From a virus (Duplodnaviria; Caudoviricetes), in IMG/VR virus record IMGVR_UViG_3300049208_000060, positions 1-41,485 of that record: a stretch of DNA of 41,485 nucleotides. One strand, given 5' to 3'. The position numbers and the translations under genes are program-made. Of the stretch, positions 36,094 to 41,485 are shown piece by piece. Position 1 is the first letter of the stretch. Every line of letters begins with the position of its first letter. A model generated the notes under the pieces. The model was not told the DNA's origin. It ran no database searches and saw only the letters and a program-made list of their open reading frames with translations.

Positions 36094-36410
36094 CCCTTCG
36101 AAGCGCCCGGTGGCTCAAATGCCAAGTCGTACTGCTCGACATTGATCAGCAGCCAGCCGCCGGTAGGTTCGTTGCTGCCGTCGACGATTGGCCCTTGCAC
36201 CATCATCCCGTGCGGCAGCATGACCCGCACTGTGTTGGCCCGCGCGGGGCCTTGCAGATAATGTTGCAGTTCAACGCGCACGCGGCCCGGGCCAGCGTTG
36301 AGCAGGCGCACCGCACACTCAAGGGTGGTCAGCTCGGCGGGTTCCAGGCCGAGATAGCGGGCCATCACGGTGACGGTGGCCGAACCTTCGTAGACGTACG
36401 GCATAAGCAT
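36078..36410 (-). CDS. Hypothetical protein
   Basis: AGGAAAGG RBS; first of three overlapping minus-strand ORFs. Confidence 0.6.
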   Translation of the reverse strand: MLMPYVYEGSATVTVMARYLGLEPAELTTLECAVRLLNAGPGRVRVELQHYLQGPARANTVRVMLPHGMMVQGPIVDGSNEPTGGWLLINVEQYDLAFEPPGASKGWQWQ

Positions 36411-36702
36411 CCTTTCCTGGAGGAGGGTGACGGCAACAAACCAGACGGTGGGACTATGGTAGTCCAGCCTAGGGAGAAGTGGTTTTCATTGCCCCACGAA
36501 AAGGTCCCCGAACCTGGCAAGAGTGTGGGGGCCTGTTGAACATAAACGGCGTTATATTCACTAGTGGCCAATAGCCGCAATACGTCATAATTGGCGAATT
36601 CTGCATCCACACCCGTACCAGACCGACGGTTATGCCAGTCGACCCTCTGCATTGAACCAGCTTCTTTCTGGGGCAATCCATGAGCCAGCTAGGAGAAGTT
36701 TT

Positions 36703-36954
36703 ATGAAATGTATGTGCTGGATCTGTTGGGAAAACGCGGTGCTCAAATATGAGGTGGGCGATTGGCAGAACATCGCCTGTGACGGTTGCGGCCGTTACCT
36801 AATCAGCAAGCACTTCATGCAAGAAAATGTGGGCAACACGGCTGACGTGGAAGTGATGAGACAACTTATCAAAGACTCAGAGTGCGCGGGATTAATCCCG
36901 GCAGTAATCGATGGTACGGCTAGATACGCGTTATCACCTAGACGCAGGGCTTGA
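36703..36954 (+). CDS. Small putative zinc-ribbon protein
   Basis: AGGAG RBS; CWIC...CDGCGRY. Confidence 0.6.
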   Translation: MKCMCWICWENAVLKYEVGDWQNIACDGCGRYLISKHFMQENVGNTADVEVMRQLIKDSECAGLIPAVIDGTARYALSPRRRA

Positions 36955-37090
36955 TCCCTGTGAGTCACTCCCATGGTGCGTCCCGCACGTCATAGACAGC
37001 CAGCAAAGCTAGAAGATCACAGCTCTCAAACTGTTTTCGGTTAACGCTCGATAGATCTAGGTTAACCGTTCGCTCGAAAGCGGCAATTTT

Positions 37091-37309
37091 TTAGCACTGT
37101 CTTAAACGCATGATCGCTTCGGTGATCGCGTTAGCATTTGCGTCTAGCGTTTCCAAAGCCACGATGGCGTTATCAGCAACGTCATCTGCACCCGCTCCCG
37201 AGATCCACTGAGTGATCTCCTCTATTGCGGCGCCCAGCGCATGCTGGTTGTGCAGCAGCAATGTGAGCGCGTCGGCTGTAATGACATGGGGGTCTGTCTT
37301 CCTTGGCAT
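37091..37309 (-). CDS. Hypothetical helical protein
   Basis: AAGGAAG RBS; LLLHNQHALGAAIEEI. Confidence 0.65.
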   Translation of the reverse strand: MPRKTDPHVITADALTLLLHNQHALGAAIEEITQWISGAGADDVADNAIVALETLDANANAITEAIMRLRQC

Positions 37310-37366
37310 CTGTATCTTCCTTAAGATTTAGCGCTGGTCTGAGTTAATCGATCCTATTCCATGACC

Positions 37367-37609
37367 TTAGTCCCAGGCCAGCGACACGGATGCGCGCCAT
37401 TGCACATTCGTCACACCGAAACGTTCGGCCATAGGCTTGGAAAAACGTTTCAACGAGGCACGGCCTGGCTTGGGAATAGGCGCAAGACCAGCGTCACAGC
37501 TCGCCCACTGCCATGCCTCCGCATTGTTCATCAGCTTCGCTCTGATGACGAAACTCTTTGGTTCCCCGTGGAGTTGGTAATCAATGACATACATATCGGA
37601 CTGAGTCAC
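37367..37609 (-). CDS. DUF6555-like small protein, copy 2
   Basis: AGGAGGTCTCGTG start context identical to copy 1; near-identical protein. Confidence 0.75.
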   Translation of the reverse strand: MTQSDMYVIDYQLHGEPKSFVIRAKLMNNAEAWQWASCDAGLAPIPKPGRASLKRFSKPMAERFGVTNVQWRASVSLAWD

Positions 37610-37838
37610 GAGACCTCCTTTGATGATGATCAAGTGATGTCGGGCGCTCCCAAAAATTCAAAGTGTTTGGTCAGACATTAGATAACGCCCTACCTACGTT
37701 ATTCCTGGGCGGCAGATGGAGCATGCGCGAAGGTCAACCGCTTGCAGCCTATTATCGGCCGCTCACTGGTCAGTAGTGGAAGTACAACGTCACGGTCAAT
37801 CAAGATGGAAGGCACAAGAGTCCGCACCAAAATAGCGC

Positions 37839-37859
37839 ATCTGTCCCAAATCTGTCCCA
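37839..37859. repeat. Tandem ATCTGTCCCA repeat, integrase arm-site-like
   Basis: Exact 10-bp copies at 37839 and 37850, 80 bp from the tRNA fragment. Confidence 0.55.
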
Positions 37860-37880
37860 TATGGCCATTTTTCCGATGCC

Positions 37881-37927
37881 AAAAACCACAAACCCCCGAC
37901 TTTCTCTAGGAAAATCAGGGGTTTGTG
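37881..37927 (-). terminator. Terminator downstream of tRNA-Ser fragment
   Basis: Minus strand CACAAACCCCTGATTTT-cctagag-AAAGTCGGGGGTTTGTG then GTTTTT. Confidence 0.7.
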
Positions 37928-37938
37928 TTTACTGAATG

Positions 37939-37964
37939 TGGCGGTGAAGGAGAGATTCGAACTC
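37939..37964 (-). other. 3' fragment of tRNA-Ser (att-core-like), not a full tRNA
   Basis: GAGTTCGAATCTCTCCTTCACCGCCA: T-loop, 3' acceptor strand, discriminator G and CCA; upstream sequence is not tRNA-like. Confidence 0.8.
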
Positions 37965-38138
37965 CCAACCCTTAGAAGACTGAGGTCAACATACGCACAC
38001 ACGCTCATTCCTCCCTACCTCGTCAGATCATTAGTACCGGTAGCGTCAGAGTAATGTAGTACTTTTCGCATGCTAAAAAATTGCTACAACGTGACGCGGT
38101 TTTGGGACCTTAGCCAATCATCCTAGGGGGTAGGAGGG

Positions 38139-38207
38139 CTACTGCACCCAATCCATCATCGGGGCGACGGAGAAGCGGCGGGAGAGTGTGACGGGTTGTA
38201 GGGACAT
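38139..38207 (-). pseudogene. dusA: Displaced 5' fragment of dusA containing the right att core (~38148..38165)
   Basis: Translates MSLQPVTLSRRFSVAPMMDW-VQ-stop; RRFSVAPMMDW is the conserved DusA N-terminus and similarity ends abruptly. Confidence 0.88.
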
Positions 38208-38507
38208 GTGAGGAATCTGGATCAAGAAGGCGAAGGCGCAAGAGTTTATCAGGTCTGCGAACAGGCAAAGGCTTGCGAGGCGCTGTTTGTGGTTTGAACT
38301 GGGCTCCGACGCGCTCGGCCTGATGGGAGGAAGTGTATTTCTGCCTGTTTTCTGTCCTTCAGTATGCGTTTAAACGATTGCGCAGGCGCTTGTTTAAATC
38401 TGACTGGTGAAAGTTATCCGAAGCCTACCTTGTCTTGCGCCTCCCCCTACACCTAAGACAGAATCCGCCGGCTTGTGCGTCTAGCCTGCGGGTTTTATCG
38501 TCTCCGG

Positions 38508-38553
38508 GTCACTGAAAACAGTGATCGGGTTTGGTAGCCCGTTCCGTCAGAAG
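38508..38553 (+). promoter_or_regulatory. c4 a1/b1-like target element
   Basis: GTCACTG-aaaa-CAGTGAT hairpin, TTGGTAG at 38531, CGTCAG at about 38546. Confidence 0.55.
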
Positions 38554-38596
38554 CACAAGACTACTGTCTTGCGATGACGTTTCTCGTCTTCGTTTT

Positions 38597-38677
38597 ATGG
38601 TGGTCATGCGCGGGGCGTCTTCGGATGCGCCGGGGTTCCTGACGACCGGTCTACCAACCTGCGTATGGCCTCCACCC
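38597..38677 (+). ncRNA. C4 antisense RNA-like structured RNA
   Basis: Closing stem TCATGCGCGGG/CCTGCGTATGG, GCGTC-TTCG-GATGC hairpin, CCGG...CCGG loop, CTACCAA complementary to flanking TTGGTAG sites. Confidence 0.65.
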
Positions 38678-38733
38678 TTCGTTTGGTAGCGAGAGTGATG
38701 GCTCCTTTTCGTTAATCCGTCAGGAGTTACACC

Positions 38734-39096
38734 ATGTTCAAACCAACACCCAACCCGCCAGAAACCGACCCCGCATCCCCCTACGAATCCGCCAATTCCA
38801 AAAAACTCCACGAAGCCGCCGAGCGCGCGCTTGATCACTATCTCCTTCCCGCCAGCCTAATCAGGGCCAGCACCGATGCGCCCGAACGCATGTACCTCGC
38901 CAATCCCAAGTACGACATGGAATCCCTGTTGGCCAATGCCTGCGAAACCCTGGGTTCTGCCTCCGAAATGCTCAACAACTTTGCCGCGACGCTGGATAAC
39001 TCGCGCCGCAAATCTGCGCTAGGCATTGCGCAGGTGGTGATGTTGGCGGAGTTGGCGGTGAATCAGGCGTTGGATAAGGTTGAAATCAAGCCGTAA
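38734..39096 (+). CDS. DUF6124-like Pseudomonas protein
   Basis: MFKPTPNPP...KKLHEAAERALDHYL...LLANACETL; AGGAG RBS. Confidence 0.8.
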   Translation: MFKPTPNPPETDPASPYESANSKKLHEAAERALDHYLLPASLIRASTDAPERMYLANPKYDMESLLANACETLGSASEMLNNFAATLDNSRRKSALGIAQVVMLAELAVNQALDKVEIKP

Positions 39097-39550
39097 ACCC
39101 GTGTCCCTCTGTGGCATGCGGCACGCCGTTGCTGCAGAGGGGCGGGGTTCTGCATTGACATTTTCATCGTCTTTTCACGCCGATAGCGATGTGCCACAAA
39201 TCATGATGGCAATGCGTCATCACGCCGCGCAAAAAGTTCAACGATTATACAAAAATATAAAGTTGTACAAGTTTTCGCAAAATTAATAGCATCCCTCCAC
39301 ACACCTTTGCTGAAACGATAAATCCAGCGTGCAGATGCTCTGTTTGCGACGTGAAAGGTTTGTCTGTCGGTGCTCGCGTCGGGTTGTTTTCGACGCTTCA
39401 ACAGCATTGGCATTTGCATTTCCGGGACAGCTGGAGCGTCCCGTATTACGCCCTGGATGACGACCCCCGAATGTCTGGACGGTGACTGTGGTTACCGGAG
39501 ATCAATTTTTTTATGCCTGGCGATTCGCGTCAGGACGTTTGAGGCTGAAT

Positions 39551-41485
39551 ATGGCAGTAGCATCGAATTTCCTCGGTGACATCAAAGTTTCCCGCAAGCT
39601 GGGAACCGGCTTCGGCATTCTTCTGCTGGCCGTTTTGGCGGTTGCCTTCATTGGCTATAACAGCAACAGCGTGCTGGTTGATCGCTTGAGTACGACGCGT
39701 CTGATCGGCACGTTGAATGACGCTACGCAAAATATGCGTCTGTCCGAGAAACAGTACGAAGCCGCCGCTGAGGCAGCGTTCGCCGAGTCCTATAACGCGC
39801 AGTTGAATGTCTTGCAGGGCCTTGTGGGCAAGGCGCTGGACACGTTGACCCGCGCTGAAAACCAGCAAGCCCTGAAGGCGTTGCAAACCACGATTGTTGC
39901 CTACGACCAGAAGGTGAAACGGCTGATCGCTGCCGACCAGTCGACCACGGATGCGTTGAAACCGCTGACGGCGCTGTCGGACAAGTACGCGCAAACTTTT
40001 GCCGGCATGCTTGAAGGCACCACGACCAGTGCACTGGCGTCTGCCGATGGTGAACGCGTTCGGGAGCTGCGTACGGTGGCCGACTTGCGCAATGGCATGA
40101 CCACGTTTCGCCTGATGTTGCGTCGTTACATTGCGGTGCCCAACGACGTGAACAAAAAACTGCTGATGGAAACCATCGATACCTTCTTGAGTGATATCAG
40201 CAAGGCGCGCACCAGCCTGCCGACGGCGCTGTCGAGCCAACTGGAAGAAGCCCACGCCGGCATGCGGCGTTATCGCGAAGTACTGGTGGAAGTGGCCGGG
40301 CTGTTTGAGCAGAAGCAGAACATGCGCGAGCAGGTCGACCAGGAAAGCAAGGCGATGGACAAGATCATGAGTGGCCTGATGGACACCCAGCAGCGCCTTG
40401 CACATGAGGATCAGCATTCGGCTTTTATTCAGATGGCGGTATTGACTGCGCTGGCGCTGGTGATCGGGCTGTTGGCTTCGGTGGTCATCTCGCGCCAGAT
40501 TACTGCGCCGCTGGCGCTGACGGTTGATCTGGCGCGACGGATTGCCAAAGGCGACCTGACGGTCCAGGCCAGGTCTGCGCGCAAAGATGAGTTGGGCGAT
40601 CTGCAAAATGCGATGCAGGAGATGGCGCAGAACCTGAACACGCTGGTGCAAGGTATCGGCAATGGCGTCACGCAGATTTCCACCTCTGCGGAAAAGCTCT
40701 CGGCCATGAGCGAGCAGACCAGCGCAGGTGTACGTCAGCAAAAAAGTGAAGTGGATCAAGTTGCCACGGCGATGCACGAAATGGCTTCGACGGTGCAGGA
40801 AGTTGCGCGTAACACCACCGATGCCTCCGCTGCCGCGACCCTCGCCGATCAGCAGGCGCGCCACGGCAGCACGGTGGTCAAGCAGGCGACGGTGCAGATC
40901 AGCGAACTTGCCATAGCCATTGAAGAGTTGGGCGGTGCGATGAATGTGCTGACTCAGGACAGCGAGCAGATCGGCAAAGTCATCGATGTGATCAAAGCCG
41001 TCGCCGAGCAGACCAATCTGCTCGCGTTGAACGCCGCTATCGAAGCCGCGCGGGCGGGTGAGCAGGGTCGTGGTTTTGCTGTGGTGGCAGACGAAGTGCG
41101 CTCGCTCGCACAGCGCACGCAGGACTCGACCAAGGAAATCGAAGCGCTGATCGTCACCCTGCAACAAGGCACGCAAGCGGCCGCGACGCTGATGACCTCA
41201 AGCCGCGAACGCACCCTCGATACGGTGGTACTGGCGCAGAAAGCCGAATTGGCGATTACCGAGATCAATCAGTCCATCGGTACGATCCAGGAGATGAGTC
41301 TGCAGATATCGGCCGCCGCCGAGCAGCAAAGTGCCGTGGCCGACGAAATCAACCGCAGCATTGTCAGTGTGCGTGATGTGGCTGACCAGTCGGCTGTCGC
41401 CAGCGAAGAAAGTGCGGCGGCGACGATCGAATTGGCGTCACTTGGGCAGGACCTGCAGCGAATGACCGCGCATTTCCGCACCTGA
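39551..41485 (+). CDS. Methyl-accepting chemotaxis protein (2 TM, large helical sensor, HAMP, signalling domain)
   Basis: [33 protein letters not shown]; HAMP GDLT...DELGDL. Confidence 0.97.
   Translation: MAVASNFLGDIKVSRKLGTGFGILLLAVLAVAFIGYNSNSVLVDRLSTTRLIGTLNDATQNMRLSEKQYEAAAEAAFAESYNAQLNVLQGLVGKALDTLTRAENQQALKALQTTIVAYDQKVKRLIAADQSTTDALKPLTALSDKYAQTFAGMLEGTTTSALASADGERVRELRTVADLRNGMTTFRLMLRRYIAVPNDVNKKLLMETIDTFLSDISKARTSLPTALSSQLEEAHAGMRRYREVLVEVAGLFEQKQNMREQVDQESKAMDKIMSGLMDTQQRLAHEDQHSAFIQMAVLTALALVIGLLASVVISRQITAPLALTVDLARRIAKGDLTVQARSARKDELGDLQNAMQEMAQNLNTLVQGIGNGVTQISTSAEKLSAMSEQTSAGVRQQKSEVDQVATAMHEMASTVQEVARNTTDASAAATLADQQARHGSTVVKQATVQISELAIAIEELGGAMNVLTQDSEQIGKVIDVIKAVAEQTNLLALNAAIEAARAGEQGRGFAVVADEVRSLAQRTQDSTKEIEALIVTLQQGTQAAATLMTSSRERTLDTVVLAQKAELAITEINQSIGTIQEMSLQISAAAEQQSAVADEINRSIVSVRDVADQSAVASEESAAATIELASLGQDLQRMTAHFRT

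Larger units (their letters stand above)
1..38165. mobile_element. Prophage (lambda-like head, P2-like contractile tail) integrated in the 5' end of dusA; left att lies outside the window
   Basis: Integrase at 1; contiguous regulation, replication, head, tail and lysis modules; displaced dusA N-terminus at 38148..38207. Confidence 0.93.

Noticed and set aside
37939-37964. tRNA-Ser fragment as the actual attR of this prophage
   Set aside because: Integrase type and the dusA fragment at 38148..38207 point to dusA; the fragment's terminator and arm-like repeats face into the prophage
37939-38030. Possible complete tRNA gene
   Set aside because: Only the T-arm and 3' acceptor strand are present; upstream bases cannot form the D-arm, anticodon arm or 5' acceptor strand
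39530-41176. 548-aa minus-strand ORF
   Set aside because: Antisense shadow of the MCP gene, common in GC-rich coding DNA; no recognisable motifs
34742-41485. cheB and MCP as one chemotaxis locus
   Set aside because: They lie on opposite sides of the dusA junction; proximity is likely coincidental

Overview
Almost the whole window (1 to ~38165) is a Pseudomonas-type prophage. It has a tyrosine integrase of the dusA-targeting type at 1..1095, and a displaced 5' end of dusA (MSLQPVTLSRRFSVAPMMDW) marks the right junction. Gene order: early leftward genes, a CI/PrtR-like repressor and Cro switch, a primase-helicase followed by an iteron-like region, holin, a lambda-like head module, a P2/R-tailocin-like contractile tail, GH19 endolysin and spanins, an adenine methyltransferase preceded by a LexA-box-like site, and a right-end accessory cluster that includes an orphan CheB. 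The strongest candidate for a novel system is an AT-rich two-gene operon between the integrase and the first PrtN-like gene: a small nucleotidyltransferase-fold protein plus a DUF262 (DGQQR) protein with no visible HNH domain, probably an anti-phage module. Other notable signals are a tRNA-Ser attachment-site relic 184 bp inside the dusA junction, a prfB-like +1 frameshift site in the tail chaperone, a 1-bp frameshift in the tape measure gene, and a motif shared by both early transcripts. Host DNA to the right holds a C4-RNA-like leader with a DUF6124-like gene and a methyl-accepting chemotaxis protein. All family assignments come from motif recognition by eye; no database searches were run.
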